Source of the DNA: Octopus vulgaris
Taxonomy: Eukaryota
Direction of reading: 5' to 3'
DNA: 64,000 bases
Assembly (NCBI GenBank): GCA_951406725.2
Contig: OX597828.1
Location: 52,142,001 to 52,206,000 of the forward strand
The translations under genes and the position numbers were made by a program. The notes under the pieces were generated by a model. That model searched no databases, was not told the DNA's origin, and saw only the letters and a program-made list of their open reading frames with translations. Positions within the stretch are counted from its first letter, which is position 1; the number at the start of each line of letters is the position of its first letter. This document shows positions 1-13,286 of the stretch, one piece after another.

Positions 1-78
1 TGTATGTATGTATGTATGTATGTATGTATGTATGTATGTATGTATGTATGTATGTATGTATGTATGTATGTATGTATG

Positions 79-109
<31 letters not shown>

Positions 110-410
110 TGTATGTATGTATGTATGTACTTATGTATGTATGTATGTACTTATGTATGTATGAATGTATGTATGTATGTATGTATGTATGTATGTATGT
201 ATGTATGTATGTATGTATGTATGTATGTATGTATGTATGTACTTATGTATGTATGTATGTATGTATGTATGTATGTATGTATGTATGTATGTATGTATGT
301 ATGTATGTATGTATGTATGTATGTATGTACTTATGTATGTATGTATGTATGTATGTATGTATGTACTTATGTATGTATGTATGTATGTATGTATGTATGT
401 ATGTATGTAT
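1..410. repeat. (TATG)n microsatellite
   Basis: Direct: near-perfect TATG tetramer run with occasional TACT interruptions; explains the MYVC-type ORFs. Confidence 0.98.
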
Positions 411-840
411 CTATATATCTTTGTATCTATGTATCTATGTATGTATTATTCATGAATGTATGTGTGCATGTGTTTATAAATGCATGTATGTATGTGTGTA
501 TGCATGTATATGTATGCATATTGCTTGTAGTGTATATTATATCTCACTTTGTGTAGCTTTCGTACGCGTGTTTTTGAAGGCCTTTGTATATTGTATGGCT
601 TATGCGTATGTGTAAGTGTATGCGATTGTGCCTGTGTATGTACGTATATATATGTATTGATGTGCGTACGGCTGCCCGTATAATCTGTATGATATATGCA
701 GCGTATATGTTTGTAAGTGAGTCTGTGTACTCTATAAGGTATTCGTAAAGTAGAACCTATAATAAATGGTATTCCAGCCGTGGCTACCTCATATGTACCA
801 AGTAGTGCATCCTCCAATGCTCTGTGAGTTACTCTGTGTG

Positions 841-913
<73 letters not shown>

Positions 914-1065
914 AAAATGTGACACATATGGTAGGCATTTCCAGTGTGTCTTTTTCATGTCGTACTTAAGAGGAATGTAGCAAAATGTAAATTTTGAGAG
1001 AGCGCGCGATACATACATTCAAAGATAAATAGATAGGTGTGTATATACATGTCTTTGCTTAAGTA

Positions 1066-1398
1066 AGGGTAAAGACCCCCTTCGGTCATGAATGACCATG
1101 GGATTGCACCTAGAAAGTTACCCTCCTAGACACAAGTCCGGGCAAGGTTGTTTATGGAAGACCAGCAGTCGCCCATGCATACCGGCCTCCCTCTTCACGC
1201 CACCAGTGTTATCCAAGGGAAAGACAAAGGTCGATACAGCTTGGCACCAGTGACGTCGCAACTCATTTCTATAGCTGAGTGAACTGGAGCAACGTGAAAT
1301 AAAGTGCCTTGCTCAAGAACACAACACGCAGCCCGGTCCGGGATTCGAGCTCACAACCTTACGATCGTAAGCTCGACGCTCTAACCACTGAGCCATGC
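1066..1398 (-). mobile_element. Full-length tRNA-derived SINE (group B') with 15-bp target-site duplication
   Basis: Minus strand begins GCATGGCTCAGTGGTTAGAGCG (A box) ... GAGCTCGAATCCCGG (B-box-like). GTCTTTGCTTAAGTA flanks both sides (1051-1065, 1399-1413). Confidence 0.9.
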
Positions 1399-1639
1399 GT
1401 CTTTGCTTAAGTATAAGTATATAAATTGGTCTTTTCTCAATTCATAATTTGTGTAAGATATTTTGAAATAAATGAAAAGTGACTAAATAAATGAATAACG
1501 AGACAAGAGGATTCAGAAAGCGCCAAGCTCCGCCAAGGCAACGCCAATGTCCTCTCAACGATTAGCCAGAGATGATTTTTAAAATAAGAATATCTGAAGT
1601 AAACTTGACTTCTCCACAAACGACCGCCCTCAAAAGTTA

Positions 1640-2400
1640 AGTAAAAAAACGGTAAAATAATCCAGAATCCTTGTCCGGTACATGATCGATCCTAATGGTA
1701 GTCATGGAATGTGAAGGTGGTGGTAGAAAATTTAGTAATTGTAATAAACAGTTTATCCTTATCTAATACAAGCAAAAGTTAGCAAATTGATCATTCAAAG
1801 TAGTTTCAATGGCGGAGGTAATAATAATAAGTTCTGCTCGGGAATTTTTAAATGAATAGCATGAAACCTTTTGCTTTTTTCTTCTCTTAAATTCCGGCCT
1901 TCCTGTTGCTTTGGGTCGATGTATAGATGTATGTATATATGTAAGTAAACTGTAAAGTGTTGATATGTATGTATAATATATAATATATATATTATAAAAA
2001 TATGTTAGTGTTATTTAATTTCTGAACGGTTTTGCTGCCGTTTGTTGATGTAGTTTGATTTCTTTATCCATCTGAGATAGAAACGCGAGTTAGATTAATA
2101 ATCGAGAAACGAAAATAAATCTTTGCAAACAGCCTAAAGGGAGATAATTGAAAAAATACTTGAAAGTCAACGTAAGATCGTAATCATGTAAAGTTAAGTG
2201 AATATAAGAAATAATCCAGAATCCTTTTCCGGTACCGAATCGATCCGAAAATCTAATCAGGCCGTGCCAGTCCCGAGGCCAGACCTCCCTGAAAGTTTCA
2301 TCTTAATCCAACCAGCGGTTCTTGAGATATCTTGTCCACGGTCAAATAAATAAACACGACTGAAACAATACTTCCGCCTTCTCTAAGGCGGAGGTAATAA
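1640..2400. mobile_element. Two fragments of a Helentron/HINE-like non-autonomous repeat
   Basis: ATAATCCAGAATCCTT(G/T)TCCGGTAC recurs at about 1657 and 2211; both pieces end GGCGGAGGTAATAA (1811-1824, 2387-2400); subterminal hairpin TACTTCCGCCTT-ctct-AAGGCGGAGGTA at 2369-2396. Family assignment is inference. Confidence 0.5.
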
Positions 2401-2768
2401 ATAAATCTATCGAATACCAGATAAGCTTTTGGTGGATTCGTATATAAGAGAACGGATAGTTGCGCAGACGCGTTTTTGTTTGATCGTGAGTTAGTTATGG
2501 TCAAGCAGACCTATGATCACGATCAAATTTGATTCAATCGTGAGCAGCCAGTCTGTTTTCCTTCTTGAAACATAGCTTTTCAAAAGCTACCTCATCTAAT
2601 ATATCCTTCTTTTCTTAATACAGTAGAGTATGGTTGACGAAAATTTGACTAGTATTTTCACCAGATCTAAAACAGGTAAATGATTCAAGTACTATGGTTT
2701 GGATTTCTGATCTAATTTTGAGAAATATGTAATAAACATGGTGAACATTAATGAATAACAATACCTTA

Positions 2769-2839
2769 TTACCGACGCTAATCTTCATGATTATCCCTGT
2801 CTAGAGTCTTAAGACACAGGTGAATATTAGCGTCGGTAA
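2769..2839. repeat. Short inverted repeat / hairpin
   Basis: TTACCGACGCTAATCTTCA pairs with TGAATATTAGCGTCGGTAA (18/19); inner CCTGT/ACAGG stem. Confidence 0.8.
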
Positions 2840-3486
2840 CAATTTATTCAATGTAGAAGTCGTAGAAGTTTGAAAAAATTCTATTCATGAAAAGAAAAAT
2901 GTTTAAGGCTTCAGACGGAAGTTAGAGAAAGATGAAGGTGTTCTTAACTTGGTTGTCTGTACTCTAACGACGATACATTCGTCTTTTCCTAATTGAAACT
3001 TGGGACATTTCACACCTCATGCAAATGCAAATGAGCGATATTTTCAAATAATCGTTTGAAGTGAGCGAAGATGACATGTTATATTAGGATTCTCGCTAGA
3101 AAGTGATTGCATATATTATAGTTTATATTACAGCTCGCCGATAAAATCATTTTGCTGACATCGATAAATATACCATACTTTGCAGACACGACATAAAACC
3201 CCCCGAAATGGTATTCAGAGGTAACCAATCATCAACTTCTTAACCGCTACGTGGTTAATGCACTCTTTTTTCTTATTTTCTTTTAAAAAATTCCATTTAT
3301 TTGTTCGTTCATTTTTCCTTCTCGTTTTATGCATCTTCTTCATCTTGAGATAAGATTTTAAGAAAACGATTTACGCTAATAGAATCCGTACGGAATATAG
3401 AACTGAAGACTGCAGACAACATACAGAATGCATGCATACATACATACATACACGCGTAAATACGTATCTATATCTATATCTATATC

Positions 3487-3559
<73 letters not shown>

Positions 3560-3861
3560 ATGCATTTATATACGTATGTACACACGCGCACGCATACACA
3601 CACACATGGACACATGTATATGCTCGTACACCTACGCATACAGATAATACATTTATAGGACGTGAAGAGAAGCGTCAACGTCTATAATTTTACTTTGCAA
3701 TTTAACTCATACATATAGAGTCATAAATCTACCTGCGTATACCATCTCGGGTGCTTATCTGTCACCTCCCCTCTTTCTTTCTTTCTTTCTTTCATTCTTT
3801 CTTTCTTTCTTTCTTTCTGTCCTTTCTTTCTCTCTCCCCCTCTCACTATCTAGCTACCTCG

Positions 3862-3894
<33 letters not shown>

Positions 3895-3900
3895 TAAATA

Positions 3901-3940
<40 letters not shown>

Positions 3941-3946
3941 TAAATA

Positions 3947-3985
<39 letters not shown>

Positions 3986-4022
3986 ACACATATATATGTG
4001 TAGATATATATGTGTAAATATA

Positions 4023-4075
<53 letters not shown>

Positions 4076-4197
4076 ACACATGTATATTTATATTTATGTA
4101 TATAGATATATACGGGTGTGTGTAAGTATACATAAATGTGTTCGAGTGTCTCTCTCTGCTTAGAACGTGTAGTGCGTGTGTGTGTGTATATATATGT

Positions 4198-4255
<58 letters not shown>

Positions 4256-4305
4256 ACAGGTATATATATCTATATACATATATATATACATACATATATA
4301 TATAC

Positions 4306-4352
<47 letters not shown>

Positions 4353-4427
4353 GTACACATATATAGGTACAACTATATATATACACACAGACATACACTC
4401 ATATATCTACATACATATATATCTACA

Positions 4428-4812
4428 TGGCTGTGTGGTAAGTAGCTTGCTTACCAACCACATGGTTCTTGGTTCAGACCTACTGCGTGGCACCTTGGGC
4501 AAGTGTCTTCTACTATAGCCTCGGGCCGACCAAAGCCTTTTCAGTGGATTTGGTAGACGGAAACTGAAAGAAACCCGTCGTATATATATATATATATATA
4601 TATGTGTGTCTTTTTGTGTGTCTGTGTTTGTCCCCCTAGCATTGCTTGACAACCGATGCTGGTGTGTTTACGTCTCCGTAACTTAGCGGCTCGGTAAAAG
4701 TTGCCGATAGAATAAGTACTAGGCTTATAAAGAATAAGTCCTGGGATCGATTTACTCGACTAAAGGCGGTGCTCCAGCATGGCCGCAGTCAAATGACTGA
4801 AACAAGTAAAAG
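4428..4812 (+). mobile_element. Group A SINE (tRNA-like head, internal (TA)n(TG)n, stem-loop tail)
   Basis: TGGCTGTGTGGTAAG (A box) ... GGTTCAGACC (B-box-like); body repeated at 18050, 26762, 32894, 45655, 52849 and 63192; tail GGCGGTGCTCCAGCATGGCCGCAGTCAAATGACTGAAAC. Confidence 0.92.
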
Positions 4813-5400
4813 CTAGAGATATATATATGCATAGAAATGTCATGTTCTGGCATCATGTCTCTAGTTCGCTCTCATTCCGTGGAATTTTGGTCAAGAGTCT
4901 TTTTAATATTGCTTTGAGTCAAGCTTTAGAGTGAAACTGAGTTTCCGAAAACCGAATTTTCTGTTCTCCCTCTTTAGCCTAGCTTGACCCTCATTTTCAT
5001 GTTTTATATCTCTCTCAAGAAAATCAAATTAACTGAGTAGTATTTGTACTTTAACAGAATGCAGAAATCTCCAGATATACGACGTTATGAAATTTGTGGT
5101 TCACTACAGTATTAGAGTCCAGCGAAACCTACTATCTGTTGACTAATGAGAATAGAGATAGTTCGAGTCTTTCTACAAATACCCTCTTTGCTCTTGTGCT
5201 CAGAACAAGAAACGTTTCGGACCCACTTAACTTGCCTGTACATGGGAGTAAGAAGCAGATGCATGAGACTGATGTTCCGCAACTTGCATGCTAATTCAAT
5301 GCATAGAGGGCTCAGTTAATCATACACATACACACTCACAAATGCATAGACAAGCAAAAATAGAAACGCACACAGTCATAATGCAATAATTGTTAATTGT

Positions 5401-5845
5401 AAGGCAGCGAGCTGGCAGAAACGTTAACATGCCGGATGAAATTCTTAGCGGTATATCGTCTCTCTTTACGTTCTGAGTTCAAATTCCGCCGTGGTCGACT
5501 TTGCCTTTCATCCTTTCAGGGTCGATAAAATTAGAACCATTTGCTTATTAGGGTCGATCTAATCAATTGGTACCCTCCCCAAAACTTTCGGGCCTTGTAT
5601 CTAGAGTAGAAAAGAATAATTGTTAAATGTATAAGGCGGCAAGCTGGCAGAAACGTTAGCACGCCGGGCGAAATGCTTAGCGGTATTTCGGCTGCCGTTA
5701 CGTTGTGAGTTCAAATACCGCCGAGGTCGACTTTGCCTTTCATCCTTTCGGGGTCGATAAATTTAGTACCAGTTGCGTACTGGTCGGTCTAATCGATTGG
5801 CCCTCTCTCCAAGAATTTCGGACCTTCTGCCTGGAGTAGAAATCA
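5401..5845 (+). mobile_element. Two tandem group C SINEs (Meta-domain-like core)
   Basis: Copies at 5401-5614 and 5633-5844, each with GAGTTCAAAT B box and GCCTTTCATCCTTTCGGGGTCGATAAA core resembling the MetaSINE domain (from recall); TSD-like AATAATTGTTAANTGT three times. Confidence 0.88.
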
Positions 5846-6072
5846 ATAACTTTTAAGTGTATAAAATGCATTTTACATAATGCAAACCTTGTCTGGAATG
5901 GAACTTAGTACAGAGGGTAGAGTGGGCAGATGTGTGTATGATACAAAGCAGATGACGTATATGCTGAGTTTGCTACCAAAATGAGGATTTCACTGCGAAC
6001 AGGAGTGTCGTGAACAAGCCAGATAAGGCCGAAACTCAGAGAAGATTATCAGCTTTTCGTATATATGTATGT

Positions 6073-6460
6073 ATGGTGCGGTGAATAAATTGTCTAAATT
6101 ACGCAAAAATGAAAATAATACTGACATCTCATTTTAATTGATATATTTACCAAAATTTCATTAAAATATCTTGGAATACAAAAGAGTAAAATTATTCAAT
6201 AAAATCGCCATTGGCTTTATCTACGATCAGAGTGAGTTTTCCGAGCTGCTGTACCTTCGTAATCACCATTAGACTCACCCAACTCTTTCCGAATCATCTG
6301 AACTGTCCTAAGATCGACACCTAAACACTCTGAAATGTTCCTTTTTGGAGCTTCCTGCGCGAATGCCAAGCAGTACGTCGTGTCGTTTCCAAATTTCTGG
6401 CAGTGTGAATTGCGTTATGGAGCTGTTTTTCTTCACAAACGGTGCCCAACTGACCCTATA
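6073..6460 (-). mobile_element. Internally deleted Tc1/mariner (maT/DD37D-like) transposon remnant
   Basis: Minus-strand translation with one frameshift gives WKRHDVLLGIRAGSS..NISECLGVDLRTVQMIRKELGESNGDYEGTAARKTHSDR (HTH-like N terminus) joined directly to DKANGDFIE*, a typical transposase C terminus; TA plus TIR-like end near 6073. Confidence 0.7.
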
Positions 6461-6499
6461 ATACTGTGTAGTCGACAAAATCAAAATCTAAATATATAG

Positions 6500-6558
<59 letters not shown>

Positions 6559-6841
6559 TATATATATATATACATTTGTATGTATATATAATGTGTGTGT
6601 TTGTATGTATATGTCGGTATGTATGTGCATATGTATATAAGCTTGCATATACATGTATGAACGTCTACACTCGCGCAAACATACACAGATACATACACCC
6701 ATGTGCACACACTCATACACACATACGTATGCGTACACAAACATGCGCGCTTATGCCTATATATGTGTACGTGAGGAAATAGTTTTGCAGGATTAATCCC
6801 GCACCTGTATATTTATAGGTTTTCGATACATTGTAAATAAT

Positions 6842-6842
<1 letters not shown>

Positions 6843-6939
<97 letters not shown>

Positions 6940-6976
6940 CAACAACAACAGCAACAACAATTATAATAACAACAAC
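6843..6976. repeat. (AAT)n/(AAC)n microsatellite
   Basis: Direct. Confidence 0.97.
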
Positions 6977-7037
6977 ATCCCGATACTAAATTTTAAACCA
7001 AAAGGCCCAAAAAAATATATTGATTTGTATATATATT

Positions 7038-7081
<44 letters not shown>

Positions 7082-7167
7082 TATATACACTTATCTAGCT
7101 ATCTATCCACCTATCTCTCTCTATATATGTATATATATATATGCACATACGAACACACATATATATA

Positions 7168-7219
<52 letters not shown>

Positions 7220-7302
7220 TCTCTCTATCTATCCAACTATATCTCAATCTCATTCTTTTCCACCCACTTTTTCTCTAAGGATATATATATATATATATAT
7301 AT

Positions 7303-7359
<57 letters not shown>

Positions 7360-7780
7360 TTCCATATATCTCCATACATCACCAAACCTCACACCCCAGC
7401 CGAACCTTCCATATATATACCAATATAGACCACACCAGCAAGTTTCCAGTATTAATTAAGAGAAAGAGGGAGGGAGTAGAAAGAGAGAGAGAGAGAGAGA
7501 GAGAGTGCGACAAGTACAGGTCATATACATTGTACATACAGCACGTTCGTAACTTCCAAATGTTTCCAACGTTAGCTAACCAGCATTAAGCTCTCTTTCC
7601 CATTTGCTGGTTTACGTTTTGCTTTTTATGATTCAACTTTAACCAGAGGCATAAATATTGAAATACATTTCTGGCATCGGTTAATGGTTTCTTTTAGCGT
7701 AAGGCGAAATTCTATTGCTGGTTTTAACTGCCATTCGCATAACTCATATGTATATATATATATATGTATACGTATGTATA

Positions 7781-7834
<54 letters not shown>

Positions 7835-8071
7835 AGAGATATATGTACGTAGGTATATATCTGTACATATGTATGAGTGTATGTCTGTGTTTCAGGATGC
7901 GTCTGTGTGTGTGAGTGTGTGTATGTGTGTGTGTGTGTATGTGTATGCGTGTGTGTGTGTCACTCTATGCGTAAGCCCACATGTGAATGTACATCTTTCT
8001 CTTTCAAAATCTCTCTCAATATGCATGCTCGCATTACACTCACGCACATATACACACACCTACGAACACGT

Positions 8072-8126
<55 letters not shown>

Positions 8127-8308
8127 CATAATGTTTATTTTATATATATTTATGTGTATGTTCGTGAGTGTATAGAAAGATAAATATGCATCTATACATA
8201 TGTATACATATATACACACGTGTAGAAACAGACTTTTATATGAGTATTATGTATATGAATATATGCACTAAATATATCTATCTATACGTACATAAACATA
8301 TGTGTGTG

Positions 8309-8387
<79 letters not shown>

Positions 8388-8430
8388 TATGTGTATATGT
8401 ACATATATATATATGTGTGTGTATGTGTGC

Positions 8431-8464
<34 letters not shown>

Positions 8465-8497
8465 GTATATATATACATATACATATACATGTATATA

Positions 8498-8568
<71 letters not shown>

Positions 8569-9233
8569 GCGTATATATGGATTTGCCTTTGAAAAGTTTT
8601 ACTTTTGTGAATTGGAAACAGATTCTTATAGGTTCTCTTCCTCTACTGTATACACAAACACCCCCATCCACAATACATACATACATGCACATGCATGTGT
8701 GTGTGTACGAGTGTGTGTGTGTGTGCATGCATATATGTATGCATGTATGTATTATTATCATCATTGTCGGTTGTTTACACTGTTGTGTACGTCCTGTGAA
8801 ATAAAATACGACGTCGTGTTGTCTATAGCTTCAATGTTTTGTATGTTACGCATGCGTGTGTTTGTGTGCGTAGCATCGAGTTATCGAATACACATTAAAA
8901 TAAAAACAGCCTTCTGTAGAAGAAGTATTTTGCGCTACCTGACGATTAATATAATGTTTTGAGGTATATTACCATGGGTTTCACTTGGTTAGCAATACCA
9001 GGATGTGTATGGGTGTATGAGACAATAATATACACAGATGCAAGAACAATAGATTTAAAGAGAGGTCGATAAATAGTTAGTAGGAAACAATGATTGGAAA
9101 ATAATGGAGGATCAGGTAAGTCGTCGGAATTAGGAGAAAGATCTGGTGTGTGAACGAGAAAAACGAGACCCCGTTGGTGATATTTACTTTTGCGTCCGCA
9201 TATGGGTATGGGCGTATGTGAATGTATGAGAAA

Positions 9234-9279
<46 letters not shown>

Positions 9280-9441
9280 ACGTATGCATGTATGTATGTA
9301 TATACGTGTATATGGGTGTGTATGTATACATAAATGCCTATATATATATATATATATATATATACAGAGAGAGAGACAGACAGACAGACCGACAGAGAGA
9401 TAATGGTTCAAATAAACGGATAAAACCTTTGATTTTAGTAC

Positions 9442-9506
<65 letters not shown>

Positions 9507-9546
9507 GGGGGGAGATAGATAGATAGATAGATATTTCACAGATGAA

Positions 9547-9860
9547 ATAAAAATCCAAGGTTGTGAAAGATTTCAGAACATTTATAAATAGGTCTTACAG
9601 CTGTTTCTGGGATATTGTTTTACCATTTTCTCACACCCTCTCCGCTGAAGGGATATATAAAATATCCCGGAAACAGCTGTAAGACCTTCTATTTATAAAT
9701 TATAAACCTTCTGAAATCTTTCACCGCCTGGGATTTTTTATCTCTGTCAGTTAATTTTTTTATATATCCACATGCTGCTATATGACCTACGTTGGACTCC
9801 TGATTCGCATAATCACCGAACCTGGAGCTTAACTATAGTCTTCTTGACACTTTTACCTCT
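9547..9860 (+). mobile_element. Fold-back cassette with degenerate hammerhead (Penelope pLTR-like)
   Basis: Arms about 9547-9616 and 9661-9741 are inverted; CTGAAGG-gatat-ataaa-atatc-ccg-GAAAC-AGCT-GTA at 9645-9681; lies between microsatellites. Confidence 0.6.
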
Positions 9861-10140
9861 CATAACCTATATATATATTTATATATATATATATATATAT
9901 ACACACACATATACACATGTATACAAGTAAAAACAGAAGGCATGCTCATCTGTTGACTCTCTCTTTCTCTTTCCTTCTCTCTCTCTCTCTCTCGCTATAT
10001 ATATATATATATAATCAAAAGGGAAATATTATAGATTACTACCAGTGGCCCAGCACAAAGGACAAATTAGTCATTAGACAAAATATTATTCATATAGAAA
10101 AATATTATTCATGTAGAATATAATTAAAGGCTCCTAAATA

Positions 10141-10251
10141 AGGATGCCAAGTGCTAGGGACACAAAAAAGGGATAAATTTATCGAGAGTGACAATCAAAA
10201 ACACTCTCGATAAATTTATCCCTTTTTTGTGTCCCTAGCACTCGGCATCCT
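10141..10251. repeat. 50-bp inverted repeat with 11-nt loop inside a (TA)n-flanked cassette (10013-10257)
   Basis: 10141-10190 is the reverse complement of 10202-10251 with one mismatch. Confidence 0.95.
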
Positions 10252-10295
<44 letters not shown>

Positions 10296-11154
10296 TATAT
10301 TATATAGTATTATATATATACACTTACACTGTATATACATATTTATACATATATTCAATACATATTCAACGCATTTATGTCACTGAAAGGCCTTAAGATT
10401 TGGGTTTTCGTCCTGGAAAAATCCTTTTACAGAAGTTATCAAAAAGAAACCCTATACTTCAGTGCTAGGATTCAATGTGTCGCTTATCAAAGTTCCATTG
10501 TAACCAGCACTATGAATCCTAGTTTTTTTCAACCATGGCCCCGAAATGGTCTGAATTCTTTGAATGTGTTCTTGACGCCAAGCTCTGCTTGTAGCATATA
10601 TATATTCATCTTTCTCCAACTTTCTCTTATCGTTTTATATCTCTGTCTACAAATTACAACCTCTCCAAGTAATTCTTGAAAGGCATCTTCAGGACAGTTG
10701 CTCTTTGTATAACTTAAATATCGGCACCATCTTTTGCATTCCCACTTGTTGATAACCAGTGGATCACTCAGCCTGTCCTTACGTCCTTTTCAGAATTTGC
10801 CTGAACATCTTAGGAGTTGCTTCGTGTATTGCATAACGTGAAAAAGTATATTAAAAAGTAAATAAAGACTTCTGACGAAACATTTGTAACGCCAGTCGCG
10901 AATCCATACGCTCGTTATATGTTATTTTACATCATTCTCCATATTTAATTCGTTGTTGAATACTCTATGTACTATTGAAATTGCAACCGCAATGTCTAAA
11001 CATCATTGACGCTTCCTTCGCTGATAAATGATTAGTTCACTGTCTCCTCTACGGGACTCTCTCTTACCAATTAGAGCGTGGTTCACGTTCATATGGCTTA
11101 ATTCTTTACGGATCCTTATTACTGTAACACACACAAATACACTCACACCTATAA

Positions 11155-11437
11155 ATCGTAGATTCTCTCGTCGTTCGGCAATTTCTTGCCGAACAAACAC
11201 ACAGACGAATTTGTTTATAGTGATCAAATGTTTGTGTACGCATAAACTCACTCCTTCCATCGAATCGATATTACATGTATTGGTGCACTGTGTGCCACAT
11301 GTCAGATGATAAACCCATTGCTGAGCGACGTTGAGATGAAGTGCTTTGCCCAAGAACACAACGCAGACCCCGGTCTGGGAATCGAAACCACGATCTCGCA
11401 ATCGTGGATGCAACACCATAACCACTAAACGATGCAC

Positions 11438-11439
<2 letters not shown>
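11155..11439 (-). mobile_element. Diverged group B' SINE
   Basis: Minus strand TTTAGTGGTTA...GGTTTCGATTCCCAGACCGG...TCTTGGGCAAAGCACT; same head as 1066-1398 and 63548. Confidence 0.75.
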
Positions 11440-11528
<89 letters not shown>

Positions 11529-11534
11529 TAGATT

Positions 11535-11587
<53 letters not shown>

Positions 11588-11960
11588 AGATAGATAGATG
11601 GATAGATAGAGACATACATATATACATACATACATAAATACAAACATGCATGCCTTCGTACATAAATGCATACATACATACATACATACATACATACATA
11701 CATAAATACATACATACATACATACATATATACATACATACATACATACATACATACATACATACATACATACATACATACATACATACATACATACATA
11801 CATACATACATACATACATACATAGACTGTCAGAAAGATAGAAGATAAATAGATGGATAACCAGATAGAGTGTCAGACACATAGATAGACTAATAGCTAG
11901 CTAGATAAATTGACAGAGAGACAGACAGATAGACAATCAGATAGACAGACAGACAGATGC
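11440..11960. repeat. Compound microsatellite (TA)n(GA)n(GATA)n(CATA)n
   Basis: Direct. Confidence 0.95.
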
Positions 11961-12992
11961 ACAAATATACTTGAACATATACAAGGAAACCTAAATTTTT
12001 TAAAGTATAGACTCGATGCTTTAAATGTTTGCTTGCGCGTCCATACATGTATTTATAATTATCTCTGTGTGTGTAGGAACAACACAATAAGAAAGATAAA
12101 AGAAAGAAGAAATCCATATGGAAGGAACAGAAAAGAGCGAGCGACAGATAGTGCATGAGAGTGAGTGAACCCCTGGGTGTGGGTGTGTGAGAGAGGGAGA
12201 GAGAGAGAAAGGGAGAGAGAGAGAAAGGGAGAGAGAGAGAGAGAGAGGAAGGGGTATAAAAAGAAAGGGAAACACGAAAAAAGATGGAAGAGAATTAGAG
12301 ATATACATCACGTGCTAATAGAAACAAAAATGGTAGGTGTCAGACGATAGATATATTTACAATCAATGTCGTCCATCATTTTGAGCAAGACATTGCAACA
12401 AGCAGACGATAGACAGACAAACAATGTCTATTGTGATTAGAAACACTCATTCGCACATTTTAACGGCTTTATTTCGTTATAGGTGCGCGTTTGTTTCTTT
12501 GCTTGTTCGTCTTGGCGTGCGCGTATGAATTTATCTGTTTGTCATTGAAGAAAGAATTGGCAAGATCTTCGTGGAGCAAATTCTTAAAGCCGTGTTCAAA
12601 ATATCTTCTCTTTATACTTGAGAAGTATCTATCGAAATATACAGCCAACACACACACAGATGTGTGTGTCCGTATGTATACTTATATGTGTTTGTATACC
12701 TATAATTTATATGTAAATATATCATAAAGCAAGTATTGTAAAGTATATCAAAATATATTTTACATCTAGCAAACATTATCTGATTTACGACTCAATACTC
12801 TTGTTACAGGGGATAAATGCATAGGTATATGAAATGTTGATATCTTACTCTGAATCCCCGTTCGCCATGGGACTATACACTACAGCAGATCACCTTGGGG
12901 CAAAACTCAGATTCTATTGTCAATTTTCATACACACACAAACATATTATATACGTTTATATACTTATATACATGTATGTATGTATATAGATA

Positions 12993-13273
12993 TCAGATGT
13001 TGCTACACATCGCTGGTCACAATGCACTTCGCATTGTTTTAGCCTTCAGATGACGCCACCCCGCTGGATAAGTGAGCAGGCCAAAAGAAGAAAGAGTGAG
13101 AGAAAGTTGTGGCGAAAGAGTACAGCAGGGATCGCCACACCCCCTGCCGGAGCCTCGTGGAAATATTTAGGTGTTTTCGCTCGATAAACACTCACAACGC
13201 CCGGTCTGGGAATCGAAACCGCGATCCTACGACCGCGAGTCCGCAGCCCTAACCACTGGGCCATTGCGTCTCC
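12993..13273 (-). mobile_element. Group B SINE (tRNA-like head)
   Basis: Minus strand GGAGACGCAATGGCCCAGTGGTTAGGGCTGCGGACTCGCGG...GGTTTCGATTCC; head shared with 15043, 25046, 57820 and 62091. Confidence 0.88.
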
Positions 13274-13286
13274 TCATATATATAAA

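Noticed and set aside
4-615. 203-aa ORF and the many similar YI/MYVC/HT-repeat ORFs (e.g. 8168-8962, 11003-11815, 33452-34396)
   Set aside because: Translations of stop-free microsatellites; no domain content.
10377-10960. 100-aa ORF and surrounding unique sequence
   Set aside because: No recognisable protein motif in the frames examined.
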